From: Eledone cirrhosa
Lineage: Eukaryota
Assembly: GCA_964016885.1 (NCBI GenBank)
Contig: OZ024740.1
Span: 67,456,001 to 67,520,000, forward strand
Direction of reading: 5' to 3'
Length of the DNA stretch: 64,000 nt
The notes beneath the pieces are model-generated. The model saw only the letters and a program-made list of their open reading frames with translations. It was not told where the DNA came from and made no database searches. Of the stretch, positions 1 through 13,270 are shown piece by piece. A program made the position numbers and the translations under genes. How positions within the stretch are numbered: position 1 is the stretch's first letter; every line of letters begins with the position of its first letter.

Positions 1-1056
1 AGTATAAATAGTAGCTGTGCTATTTTATTATTTGATTCTAATTTCAGTCATTGTAGTAATCTTTAAAAACTGATCACAGTGCTAGTATGAGATAAAAGAA
101 ATAATTACAACAGCCGTGTCATTGATAAACTACAGCTTCAACAGAACAAATTGGAAAGTTATTCAGCGTAGATTGTAAAAGTTAGAAACTATTAATGACG
201 CTCCGAATCCACCACCTTCACCTCTGACAGAAAATAGAAGACTATTACAAAGTACCAACTATACAACTTACAAAATTAATTAGTTATCATTTGGAAGCCT
301 TTTAATAAATTGAAGGCAGATGGTCAAAATAAGAAAATAATTTTCTGTAGAGGATAACACCCTAAAGCACAATTTACAAGCTAATACCGCAGAAGAAACA
401 GATTTAGATATGAATCGCGTGGAAAATCAAAAGTCCATGTCAAAATTAAATTTCAGAATAGATGAAAGTAAAACAGAAACTACCCACATTATAACCAGTG
501 CCCCACACCGAAATAAACTAAGACTAGGTAAAAACAAACAATGGATAAAATGTTCTGGTTTTAAAGTGGATACATTTCAATCTCTGTAATCAGCCCAATG
601 AGATGGTTGGTGGCATCAGATATGGTTGCCCAATTCTTGTAAAGCTAGAATATATGCGTTGACGGGATAGAGTCGGCAATCATTCCAATCGGTCAATATG
701 CCGACTCTTCGTGTAAAAACGGAGAAGTAGTGCTAGCATGTATCATACATTGTAACCGACAAAAAATATGGTCCCAGTCAATTAGAATGTGCCTGTCCAA
801 ACTAACAAGGGGATCACAGCAACCTGATAAAATCAATTAAACGAACACATATGACTGCACACTGATAGACATTTTATCCACTGACACAGAAAAATATTAT
901 TTGTAAAAAATCAAGAACCTATGAAAATACGAAGATCTTCAAACTGAAAAACGTAGCAGGTGGAGTAAGAAAATAAAAAAAACAGTACGAATTATGATTA
1001 GAATACAATGAATCATAATGAAGTATCATTCAACATTAAATGAAGGTGACATTATT

Positions 1057-1855
1057 AATTGTTTCTAATTTAGATGCAAGCTCAGTAACTAGTTGGAGAG
1101 GTGAAAGTCGAATAAATCGAAAGAAGTACTTGACTAAGTATTTTATATAAGAGAACATAAATGTATGCAAATGAAAATTGACTTCGACGGGATTTATGAC
1201 CAGAGATACTACACGTCATTTATCAGACACTCTAACGATGCTTCCAGTCCACCATCTTTTAATAATAATAATTGTTTCTACTTTTGGCACAAGGCCAGCA
1301 ATCATCCCAGTGCATTACTGGTACTTTAAGGACGAAAGGCAAAGTTAACCTCGGCGGGATTTGAAATCAGATCGTAAAGGCCAGTAACTACATGCTGCAA
1401 ACCATGCCGTCCGATCCTCTAACGATACTGCCAATCCAAATGATGGTTTCTTTATTTAATAATAATAATAATGATGATGAGTTCTATAGGCAAAAGGCCA
1501 GCAATTTCGGGGAAGGGGAAAATTGATTAAATCGATCCCAGTACGTTATCGAACCCTTAAGGATGAAAGTCAAAGCTAACTTCAGCAGGATTGAAACTCA
1601 GAAAGTAAAGGGCCATAATTCTGTGCCAAAAATCATATTGGCCGATGCCCTACAGATACTGCCAATCCAAATAATAATAACGATTTCTTGTATAGGTACA
1701 AGGCCAGTAATTTGAAGGGGAGGGGAAAGTAGATTAAATAGACTCCAGTGCATTACTGCTACTTTATTTTATCGACCCCGTAAGGATGAAGGGCAAAGTT
1801 AACCTTGGCAGGATTTGAACTCAAATCATAAAGGGCCGTAACTCTATGCTAACGT
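1057..1855 (-). mobile_element. Tandem cluster of ~4 tRNA-derived SINE copies (~1057-1255 decayed, 1262-1440, ~1480-1670, ~1678-1855) separated by (AAT)n
   Basis: Repeated blocks 'ggcacaaggccagcaat...aaggatgaaaggcaaagttaacctcggcgggatttgaactcag...gatactgccaatcc'; the reverse complement matches the + strand SINE at 49364-49551. Confidence 0.85.
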
Positions 1856-2134
1856 AATAATAATTTTTAAGAAATGCAAACGGCCATATTCGATTATTTT
1901 GGCCTCATTATGATGTGGATAACGATGATATTACGAAGGATCAGGTAGCTGATCATAAAGATGAAGTGTGCGCGGAGGAAACTACTAATCACATATAACA
2001 GCAAAACTGATGTCATTTTATGTGATTTCAGACACAGATTGATGAACATAACAGAATATAACACTTACTTGCTGACAGAATATAAACCCTGTATATGATA
2101 GCCCCCTCCACCACCCCCACGACGACCACCAACA

Positions 2135-2136
2135 CA

Positions 2137-2190
<54 letters not shown>

Positions 2191-2203
2191 GCTGCTGCTC
2201 CTG

Positions 2204-2234
<31 letters not shown>

Positions 2235-2730
2235 CACAACTGCTGCTGCGGTTCTTGCTGCTGCTCTTGCTACTACTACTACTACTACTACTACTGCTAC
2301 TACTATGACGACGACGACGACGACGACAACAGCGACGATCGCAGCTGTTGGTGCAATAGGCAGTAAAATAATTGCCTTTTTAGTAGCATAGATTTCCTGA
2401 GCTTGAGATTCCAAACATTCTCCTTTTTTTTTCTAAGAATTATCACTATCATCGTAGCCACCAATATCACCTACAACCATCACAACCACCATCGCCACCA
2501 GCAATACTATCGTTAATCATCAGCATCGTCATCTTTTTCATTATCAATATCATCACCGTCATCACCGCCACCACAATAACCACCATCGCTGTTCATATTA
2601 ATGTCATTATCATTGTCGTAATCATCATTATCACCACCACCACCATCACCACTAGTGCCACCAACACCAACATCATCACCATCACTATCATCACTCCCCC
2701 TCCACCCACTACCATCATCATCATCACCAA
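2135..2730. repeat. (ACT)n/(ACG)n/(ATC)n/(ACC)n trinucleotide low-complexity tract
   Basis: Direct reading; gives spurious poly-T and poly-V ORFs. Confidence 0.95.
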
Positions 2731-4082
2731 GAAAATCTCTCTCTTTCTCTTAAGCTCTCACCAGCAACAACGACCATTCTCGAGACGTTAATGGATTTGC
2801 TAAATAGAAATAGGACACTTATTATTATGATTTCTCACATATTCTCATATTCCAACACGTTTTCTTCGTTTTTAGCTTTAGGATGTGATAAAATAGGGAT
2901 ATGGGTAGTTTTATCTCCAACTTTATTTGTATAGTGATAATATAATTAACTTAGGAATGGATTAAATCCAAATTCAGACCCGATGCGATTCGAGCATTCA
3001 GTGAAAAGGTATGCAAGTATTTCAAAAGCAATATTTCTAACTCAGGGTCGTGTATATAAGAACTAATCTAAAAATGAATATAGTACATTTTTTTTGTGTT
3101 ATGAAGGAAGTGATTCTGCCACAACATAATTGATTCAATTTTAACATATGGTCTCCAATGAAATCGTTTGTGAAATAAGTACAAATCACTAGCTATAATG
3201 TAAACCAGAGATAGTTGAGACGCAGAACAAGAACGACAATGAAAAGGCCACTGTCATGCGGTGAATGACTTTGACAAAACAGTAAATAATCTATTATCTA
3301 ACCAATCAATGAAATGTTGTTCTGTGACCAATAAAAAGACGTGTATCTTCATTTATGTTTTTACTACTTAATCAAGGAAGGAACAAATACTACCATGACT
3401 ATTTCGTCTTACAAGACTTCCGTGATGAATGGTGAGAGAACATTATTCGTAAACTAGAGATCTGGCTCCGCTGAAATCTTCTAAGAACCAGATGGTGCTA
3501 TTAAGTCGTATGAAAGTGTGTTAACCACTGGAGAACAGAGAACACAAAGCTCTAACTATTCCACCGAGAAACATCCCCGAACGGTATCTAATACGACAGT
3601 GACCCATACAAAGTACAAAACACCATATTTCATCACAATTCTAGTAAATGCATGAAGAAATGGTTAAGTTAGATTTCTTTTGTTCTAATTTTGACTTTCT
3701 ATTCAATTCAGCACCTCTCTTAGGTGAATTTAAATACTTACGAATCGACAATTCTTTCCAAATCCACAGAGATTGAATAAATAAGTGGGAATAAGACATT
3801 TTGGTCTTTTGAATGATTTACATCTTCAGTTGCTGACAATTTGCTTACAAATACTGTGTCTTGTATCTAGAGAAAAGAAAGTCTTTATTATGATTAACTT
3901 CTACATCATAGGATGAATAAATTGCTTTTTAGAGCGGCAGTTCACAAGAAAATATACTTTTCATTCCAGATGTTCTTTTAAGTTTTTCTTTCGTCGCGTA
4001 ATGGCGGTAGTTTTAAAAGCAAAAGCAACATAAAGCAACATCACTCATTTAATTTATCATATGATTTAAGAGGTTCGGGTGG

Positions 4083-4830
<748 letters not shown>

Positions 4831-5630
4831 ATTTGTATTACTATTAAATGCATACATATATTCATATATTTTTCTCACAAGAACAAAAATATATACATTT
4901 ATTCATAATGTTTTCTGGAGAAAAAAGTATGTGAATATATGTCTATATGTTTTATTATGCAAAACCAATGTTTATTTTCAGGAGTCTTTCTTCTTAACCA
5001 TCTTTATATTTCAATATATTATCATTTTAAACATTAATATATTTTCATATTTATTGAATCTTCTATTAAATGCTTATCATATCCTTTTGTTTACTGTTCT
5101 AGATGTTTCCTTCATTACAATGGCGCCATGTCGAAGCACGCCTTTATTACTAAGTCATACAAACCTAATTTCTTATCGTTTTCAACTTTGATACTTATTT
5201 TATCGACCTCTTTTAACAAAGCGTTTTTTAAGCGACAGAAGCAAAGCATAAACGTAAACGTAAACACAGACATACACACACACACACACACGTTCTCTCT
5301 CTGTCTCTCTCTCACACTCACACACAACCACACACACTCTCTCTATATATATATCTCACACGCACAACCACACAGGTATCACACATACACAGATCACACG
5401 CGCACATGTACACGCACACACATCCACAGACACATATATAAATAAATTTACGGGGCTTATACGTTCCTTGCATGATGAGATGAGGGCGTGTTTGCACCAA
5501 TTGCGAGATCGTAGAACCTTACTGAGTTGTGATATATATGAAAGAGTGCGAGCGGCTCACTCCTACATTGTTTTTTATATTTTTTACAGTTGTTTTGTTA
5601 AAAGCATGCACCTATACCTATGTTGACATA

Positions 5631-6440
5631 TATACGAGATATGACAGAAAAGTAACAGGACTTAGTGTACCGTGTGTGCTATGAGTGAAGTATGGATTAG
5701 TCGTTTGCATCACCGTGAGACGTTATCTCCGGGGAGTATATAAATGCAATCTCAGCACTATGCAGCCAGAACATAATGTTTGACGTGCTTTTGTTAGCAG
5801 CTCCTTAGTCCGATGACCTATGGGCTCAGAACAATAAACTTACCTGAAGGTTCTTAACAAGCTGGGGAAAACCTCGTCAGAATAACTCGGAATAGTGCAA
5901 CAAGTATACGGAGAGGAGACTATATCGTGCTCCCGTATTTTTGAATGGCATTGAAGGTTCAAAGAGAGACACGAGGACGTGAAAATGCACTCCAGGAGCG
6001 GAGGGCAATCTGGGAGCAAAGATTGAGCGCGTGAGGCAGGTGGTACATGGCAATCATCGGATGACTGTTCTACTGACAGCAAGTGAACAGGGCATGAACC
6101 GCGACAGCATTGTGGCAGGACAACTCACGGCTGCTTCACCAGGACAACGCGCCGTCTCACAACACTCTGAACATCCAACAGTTCCTGGCCTAGAAGAACA
6201 TCGCCATGCTTGAGCAACCTCCCTATTTCCTGACTTGGCTTACTTTTCCCCAAGCAGAAGAGGGTTAACAAGGGGACCCATTTTCTGTACTTATAAACCA
6301 TCCTGTGGGCCATGACGATGGAGCAGCAGAGAATCCAAGGAGAATAATTCCAGGAGTGCATGGAGGCAAGGCGAAGAATGAGGGGAAGAGCGTGAGAAAC
6401 GAGTAGATTATTTCAAAGGAGAAAACTTATAGTTTGTAGT
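5631..6440 (+). mobile_element. Decayed mariner (Tc1/mariner) transposon relic
   Basis: Starts 'TA-tacgagatatgacagaaaagtaacaggact' (mariner-like terminus). Broken frames give 'LNKLGKTSSE*LGIVQQVYGEETISCSRIFEWH*RFKE' (HTH region), 'HQDNAPSH' and 'LEQPP' (catalytic-domain motifs). Internally deleted. Confidence 0.75.
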
Positions 6441-6479
6441 TTGGATTTGAAATATGTTTCGCGACCCCTTTCCTGGCAG

Positions 6480-6830
6480 ATTCGGATATATTATGGGACA
6501 AAAGGAAGGCGCTTTTTTAACATCCGAAGATACTTTGCTACATCAAAAGCATTTACTGCTCTGATACATAATCTTCTTTATATGAATGACAGTGATCTTG
6601 CTTGCTACTCAGAAGACGAACTTGAACCGCTGATTAATTGCCCCCGTGCAGTGTGTGATGATTTGGAGCTGAAAATCAAGCTTAATAATCAGTGGGGATT
6701 TACCTACAGGAATTCGGAAAGCTATATATTCCAACATATATATCAATCAAATGGAAAACATTGAAGGTTGTTGATAAGTATATATAGAACCAGCACTCTT
6801 GATGGCGAGGTAAGTTCATTGCTGTCTATT
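6480..6830 (+). mobile_element. RTE-clade LINE reverse transcriptase fragment (decayed)
   Basis: ORF 6441-6764 contains 'LLYMNDSDLACYSEDELEPLINCPRAVCDDLELKI', resembling the RTE YADD-region consensus (LLFADD..L..HSEE.LQ.L...F...C...GL.I). Confidence 0.6.
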
Positions 6831-7181
6831 TATGAGATTTACACGTGTCTCATTCCCTTTGAATATTTCTCACAACATCCATATTGAGTAATATCCAAAG
6901 GTAATGAATGACGTATATATGTATACATATATTTCCTTACTCTGCTGGAGTCACTTGATGAGCTGTAACCTCACAGCATAAGTGCACTTCAATTGCACAT
7001 TAGCCGCACAGTAGTTGGCGTAATTGAATAATAATTAGTTAGAGTGAGTTATCAATATCGTTAGCATAATAATGTTTGTTCACGTGAAACGCGCGTTTCG
7101 CGATCGATAAACTCAAGGCACGTTCAGATCCTACTCTGAATTTTGATTGTTCAACAGACATGTTGATTCGACATATGTATA

Positions 7182-7228
<47 letters not shown>

Positions 7229-7247
7229 TTATATAGACACACACATA

Positions 7248-7452
<205 letters not shown>

Positions 7453-7986
7453 ATATATAAAGTTTTGCGAGGTTTTTTATATGAAATCGTGTGTCGAAAC
7501 AAATGTTGTTATACTTGGGGGGTCATATTTGTGTAATATTGGCAGAATTAATAACAGAACACACTCACTGTTTGGTTGGTTTTCGCTTCTCGCTGTCTTT
7601 TATATCGGTAATCTAACTTACTCGGTCCTCAATGTTGCCATTGACTGACCGACGGTCAAAAATAATACAGATACAATATAGACATAAACACATATATATA
7701 GTTTATCATAAATCTTTCGTTGCACGTCTGCAACATCGTCAGTGGTGTTATATTTTCCTCCTGTTGTGGTGTATGTCTACGCCATTTTTATTCAGTATGT
7801 CTATATATTTATTTATTTATTTGCTTGTTTGTGTTTATTTTATTTTATTTTGTCTTCTTTGCGCATGCGTTTGCGTGTGTGTATAGTGTTGTTTGCTGTG
7901 TGATGGGTGACTAGTGTGTGTTTATGTGCTTGTTGTTATTGTGCTTGTGTATGTATTTATTTATTTATTTATCTTATTTTATTTAC

Positions 7987-9870
7987 TTATTTATATTCTC
8001 TTAGGTCAGTGTTGTTTGTTTGGGTGTTGTTGTTATTCCATTCATTCTTTCTGTTTAGCCTTGGTCTTCTAATTTCTATTTCACTGGCCTCTCTGATTTG
8101 CCTATCTGCTGGGTCATTTCTATGTTTAGATATTATTCTAATTTCTATGTTGTCTATGTTACCGTCATGTTGTTGTCTAGTATGTTCGTATAGTACTGAC
8201 CCGTTTTTTCGTCCTTTTAGTTCCCCGCAGTGTTGGTCTATCCTTTCACCTATGCTACGACCTGTCTCACCTATGTACGTTGTTCTCATGTTTCTGCAAG
8301 TACCCTCTGTACATCTTATGCTATAGACTACGTTTCTAGTTTTACAGTTTATCCGGGGGTTCACCTTACATATGATACATTTCCTACTGGTACAGTGGGT
8401 TTTCTTAAAAGGGTAGGTTTTGCTGATCAGGGATTTTATGGTGGTTCCTGGCTTTTCTACCACCTTTATTTTTAAGTGGGTCTTTCTCAGGGCCTTTCTA
8501 CACGGGTTAGCTAATTTCCCTCCAGGGGTGGCGTCCACAAACATGACACTCTCGTATCTCTGGTTGTCGTACCATGAGGTGGCTTTCCCTATCTTATGTC
8601 TAGCCCTATCTATCTATTCCATGATTTGCTCCTGTATAATGGGCAAATTCCTTTCATGTCCAGTTCTATGAGGGTCTTATACTTTTCCATGGCTCCTTCG
8701 TATACTCTGACTCTGTCTCTTTGGTTGTAGCCAGAGAACTGCATGCGGTTGATGAAGTGTTGGATGTGTCTTTCCATTTCTGTTGGGTCACATTCTTCAT
8801 CACTCGTACCAAATCTGCGATCAGAATATTAAACTTAGCACTACTGGACATTGCTGAGTTTTTGAGTATAAGGTATTTGGAGGCCATGGGTTTAGCATAG
8901 TGTGAGTGGAGAATTTGGGCTCTCTCGTCTATAGTGTTAATCCAGAGTTCTGTGTCTAATACAGGTAGTCTATTGTTAGGGTGTTTAGAAGGGAAGTCGA
9001 TAGTTACAGTTATACTCTGGTGTATGGAATTAGCTATCTACTGGATGCTTTCCATCGTGCTACGTTCTAAATCAAACTTGTTAGTGCTCTCTAGTGGGGG
9101 TGTTCTTATAACTATATTGATATCGTCTGCATAACGAGAGTACATGATGAGGTCTATGGAGCTTTCATTAAGGAGATCTTTAAGTCTCCTTTGCCACCAT
9201 ACCATGAAAAGTTTGGCAACATCACCAGCTATGCTGACGCCGATGGCTGTTCCCTCATTTTGGGTGTAGATTTTCTCGTTGAACTTAAATATGTGGCCCT
9301 TTAGGGTAGTTTTGATACTAGCCCCTATTGCATGTGCGACCATTTTTCTTACCTGATCATTGTTTTGGGGGGTCCGTATAGCTTTGGGCCACCCAATCCA
9401 CCTTCCCATGGGAGTCTTTTTTGCCATTGAGGTTATGGTGGGGTGTATACCTCTTATAGGTCTACTAGGGCAGAAACATCTAAGGTCATGGCTGTCTAGG
9501 TAGTCAGTGTCGCAGGTAAGTCTAAGTAGGAGGCCTAGTTCGTCTGTGTCGACGTCGCAGAAATCCACCTCACTCTCAATGATCATCTCCACACATCTTT
9601 TCACAGCAAAATCAATGTTAATGGATGGGTACAGTGACACCACATCCATGCTGCCTATTATGCAGTTGGATAGGCTCCTGTTTTTGTTGCACTCACTGAT
9701 TCTGCTGAGGAGGTCCTCTGTACTGTCACATACATCTGGGGACATCTTGATTATGGGGCGTATAACGATTGAGAGGAAGTAGGAGATCCTGTAGTTGCTA
9801 GCTATATTAGCTCCGCATACGGGTCTTGTTGGTGGTCCTGTTGTCGGGTCGTCGACTGTCTTGTGGTCTT
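7987..9870 (-). pseudogene. Penelope-type RT/GIY-YIG endonuclease ORF remnant (frameshifts and stops)
   Basis: ORF pieces 9038-9870, 8666-8887 and 7987-8544 in the expected RT, linker, GIY-YIG order. Confidence 0.88.
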
Positions 9871-10651
9871 TCCCTGGAGGGAAATTAGCTAACCAGTGTA
9901 GAAAGGCCCTGAGAAAGACCCACTTAAAAATAAAGGTGGTAGAAAGCCAGGAACCACCATAAAATCCCTGATCAGCAAAACCTACCCTTTTAAGAAAACC
10001 CACTGTACCAATAGGAAATGTATCATATGTAAGGTGAACCCCCGGATAAACTGTAAAACTAGAAACGTAGTCTATAGCATAAGATGTACAGAGGGTACTT
10101 GCAGAAACATGACAACAACATACATAGGTGAGACAGCTCGTAGCATAGGTGAAAGGATAGACCAACACTGCGGGAACTAAAAGGACGAAAAAACGGGTCA
10201 GTACTATACGAACATGCTAGGCAACAACATGACGGTAACATAGACAACATAGAAATTAGAATAATATCTAAACATAGAAATGACCCAGCAGATAGGCAAA
10301 TCAGAGAGGCCAGTGAAATAGAAATTAGAAGACCAAGGCTAAACAGAAATAATGAATGGAATAACAACAACACCCAAACAAACAACACTGACCTAAGAGA
10401 ATATAAATAAGTAAATAAAATAAGATAAATAAATAAATAAATACATACACAAGCACAATAACAACAAGCACATAAACACACACTAGTCACCCATCACACA
10501 GCAAACAACACTATACACACACGCAAACGCATGCGCAAAGAAGACAAAATAAAATAAAATAAACACAAACAAGCAAATAAATAAATAAATATATAGACAG
10601 ACTGAATAAAAATGGCGTAGACATACAACACAACAGGAGGAAAATATAACA

Positions 10652-10690
10652 CCACTGACGATGTTGCAGATGTGCAACGAAAGATTTATG
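10652..10690 (+). ncRNA. Minimal hammerhead-like motif in the Penelope terminal repeat (mirror copy on - strand at ~7707-7745)
   Basis: CTGACGA-t-GTTGCA gatg TGCAAC-GAAA-gatt-TA; stems I and III are weak. Confidence 0.6.
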
Positions 10691-10890
10691 ATAAACTATA
10701 TATATGTGTTTATGTCTATATTGTATCTGTATTATTTTTGACCGTCGGTCAGTCAATGGCAACATTGAGGACCGAGTAAGTTAGATTACCGATATAAAAT
10801 ACAGCGAGAAGCGAAAACCAACCAAACAGTGAGTGTGTTCTGTTATTAATTCTGCCAATATTACACAAATATGACCCTCCCCAAGTATAA

Positions 10891-10957
<67 letters not shown>

Positions 10958-10960
<3 letters not shown>

Positions 10961-11160
10961 CAAAGAAACTGTGGTAAGGAACCAGGTGGAACATAACGCA
11001 CCAGAGTACTCGATATTTAGGGTAGTAGAGTGGTTAATAGGAAAAGAGCCAGGGCCCCGACGGCTGAGCTCCGGTCCGGCAGTTTCGACAGCTTGATCCG
11101 GAGTTCGAATCCAGCATTCGAAACGACCGGAGCTCAGCCCTCGGGGTCCTGACTCCTTTA
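10958..11160. mobile_element. Short inverted end remnant of a second Penelope family (related to 50889-52535)
   Basis: 'tgtggtaaggaacc..cataacgcacca.agtactc..' matches the reverse complement of 52400-52530; internal inverted repeat 'ccccgacggctgagctccggtc' / 'gaccggagctcagccctcgggg'; (TA)n on both sides. Confidence 0.7.
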
Positions 11161-11194
11161 TATATATATATATATATCGTATATACATATATAT

Positions 11195-11340
11195 GACGGA
11201 CTACTGCAGTTTTGGTCTACCATAGCTTTTAATTAACCATAGGCTATAGTAGAAGACACTTTTATAAGATACACCACTATTTGGCTGAACCCAGTTTCGT
11301 TCTAGTCTCTTTAATCACAGAGCCATCGATGCCTGCGACT
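11195..11340 (-). mobile_element. Decayed SINE of a second family
   Basis: 'ggctatagtagaagacactt...ctgaacccag...cacagagcca' resembles a tRNA-headed SINE read on the minus strand; recognised from memory, heavily diverged. Confidence 0.4.
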
Positions 11341-11799
11341 ATGAAAACAGAAATTTAATTATACTTCTAAAATATTTATTTTTCTTATGTAAAAAAAAGA
11401 GATCATTTATGTGATTTGGTTTTGAACACGAATTTTAAAATCAATTTCGGAGCTTTAAACAGTCTCGGAAAGTATTTTATAGGCGGAAAAGCTGTAAAAT
11501 ATTTTATCGATATTTTCACAATATTCGTTTTATTTTGGGTTTAATTCTTTGTATATTATTAGTAGACATATCTTATGATATTCTCTTTCTGGCTTTTTCT
11601 GGTGGTATTAGTTTTAAAAGTGGGACTATTTGAGACACTAAAATGTATCCGAAGCACAATATACGTGTATATATACACATGGGTAAACAGCACAGGAGGA
11701 CAATGCAATAAAATGGTGTTATATTAGTTTAGCCTTTGATATAATGGAGTCTTAAAGTTTCGCATGTTAAACGTTCATCCGAAGATACAATGAGAGAAA

Positions 11800-11858
11800 G
11801 AGATAGATGGATAGATAGATATATAGATGGATAGATAGATAGATAGATAGATAGATAT

Positions 11859-11907
<49 letters not shown>

Positions 11908-11943
11908 CAGATAGAGAGAGAGAGAGAAGGAGAGAGAGAGAGA
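11800..11943. repeat. (GATA)n and (GA)n microsatellite
   Basis: Direct reading. Confidence 0.95.
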
Positions 11944-12058
11944 TGAATGGTATTCGGGGGGAACCACGTATATATGTCTTTATACTTGTATAAATGTCCA
12001 ACATTTCTCTTCGAGTCTGTTTTTTGTAAGTTTCAAAAGTTACCTTCAGCTATTCCGA

Positions 12059-12109
<51 letters not shown>

Positions 12110-12468
12110 AAGATATATATTGAGTTAGAAATTCAAAATAGTCTCTTACAATAAAATAACTCTAGGAAAGAGATTTTTCCGAGCCGTATATTATAATTTA
12201 ATATACAAGAGAGATAAACACAGATATATAAATATATGTGTTCAAATCGTAAGGGACCAGATTCGCTAAGGTGAAAAAAATACTGACTATGGACAATAGG
12301 GTTTGCCAGACTAAATTTAAGAATAAATCAAGAAAATAAATACATATATATATATATGTATATATATATATGTATATATATATATACATATATATAAAAT
12401 AAATGATGATGTTAATTTAACCGTAAATTCCCTCCTGGGGCCTACATTGAACATTATTTTGCTTTCCA

Positions 12469-12511
12469 TGCCCTTGATAGACCCGCTAAGGGCGAAACGT
12501 ACGTAGGTGCA
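12469..12511 (+). ncRNA. Minimal type I hammerhead-like motif with variant core UUGAUAG
   Basis: tgccc-TTGATAG-a-CCC gctaa GGG-c-GAAA-cgtacg-TA-gg(t)gca; palindromic stem III ACGTACGT, GUA triplet. Confidence 0.6.
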
Positions 12512-12558
12512 CAATTATATAAACAGGTTTTAACGGTTTTAAACTCTTTGTATTCATT

Positions 12559-12615
<57 letters not shown>

Positions 12616-12729
12616 CGAGAATCGCATTTCGGTGGGTAGAAATTAGCGAAACGCAACTTCAATAATGTGCAGACAATCGCTCCATCCATATGAAGAGGAT
12701 AGCAGTGCTATAAACATAAGTTAAAATGG

Positions 12730-12770
<41 letters not shown>

Positions 12771-12802
12771 CCTATAAATACCATATTTATTTTTTGATAC
12801 CC

Positions 12803-12853
12803 AGATTCCTGATGATTTCTAATGAATGAAACAGTTCTAGTCCTGTAGAATCT
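12803..12853 (+). ncRNA. Type I hammerhead ribozyme with canonical core
   Basis: AGATTC-CTGATGA-t-TTC taat GAA-t-GAAA-CAG ttctagtc CTG-TA-GAATCT: 6-bp stem I, 3-bp stem II, 4-bp stem III, GUA cleavage triplet. Confidence 0.8.
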
Positions 12854-12936
12854 CATCTATATTAAAACTGTTATACTCTGCTATGTATTGAGTACCTTAC
12901 TTACTGTGGTTACCTCCGTTTCAACCCGGAACAACG

Positions 12937-13074
<138 letters not shown>

Positions 13075-13139
13075 TATATGTTAAGTATTTCTGAAGAGAA
13101 AGGAAAGGGAAAAAGAGTGCTCTATGTATAATACAGAGC

Positions 13140-13270
13140 TATTTAATTAGAAAGTAAACGACACGTTATAACTACTCCATTACCAAAGGTAATACTGATA
13201 TTGTCTTGGGGTCCTGAAACCTTTGGTAATGCTTACTTACATTGTGTTGTTTACTTTCTAATTAATTTAT
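13140..13270. repeat. Imperfect inverted repeat island containing half a hammerhead (GAAA-CC ttt GG-TA)
   Basis: 'aattagaaagtaaac..cattaccaaaggt' versus 'acctttggtaatg..gtttactttctaatt'. Confidence 0.6.

Larger units (their letters stand above)
7461..10892 (-). mobile_element. Penelope-like element copy 1 (RT + GIY-YIG), 5'-truncated, with ~1 kb inverted duplication of its 3' end
   Basis: Minus-strand RT motifs 'RPV..SMDVVSLYPSI..GTAIG..YSRYADD' (9038-9870) and GIY-YIG 'NVVYSIRC..YIGETGRSIGERIDQH' (7987-8544). 9872-10892 is the reverse complement of ~7507-8527. Flanked by (TA)n. Confidence 0.92.

Noticed and set aside
1-1050. Non-repetitive-looking A-rich segment, possibly a decayed coding region
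   Set aside because: No long ORF or recognisable motif; cannot be assigned without a search.
1262-1855. Regularly recurring repeats resembling a CRISPR array or tRNA gene cluster
   Set aside because: Units are ~180-210 bp SINEs with A/B boxes but no full cloverleaf; no unique spacers or cas genes; eukaryotic context.
6950-7125. Further hammerhead-like traces (6950-6990 +, 7080-7125 -, also 11745-11790 - and ~54520-54590)
   Set aside because: Several core positions or stems are broken; probably decayed PLE ends but not supportable individually.
9872-10168. N-terminal ~100 aa of the 376-aa ORF 9038-10168 as a novel domain fused to RT
   Set aside because: It is the antisense reading of the inverted GIY-YIG arm, open by chance across the inversion junction.
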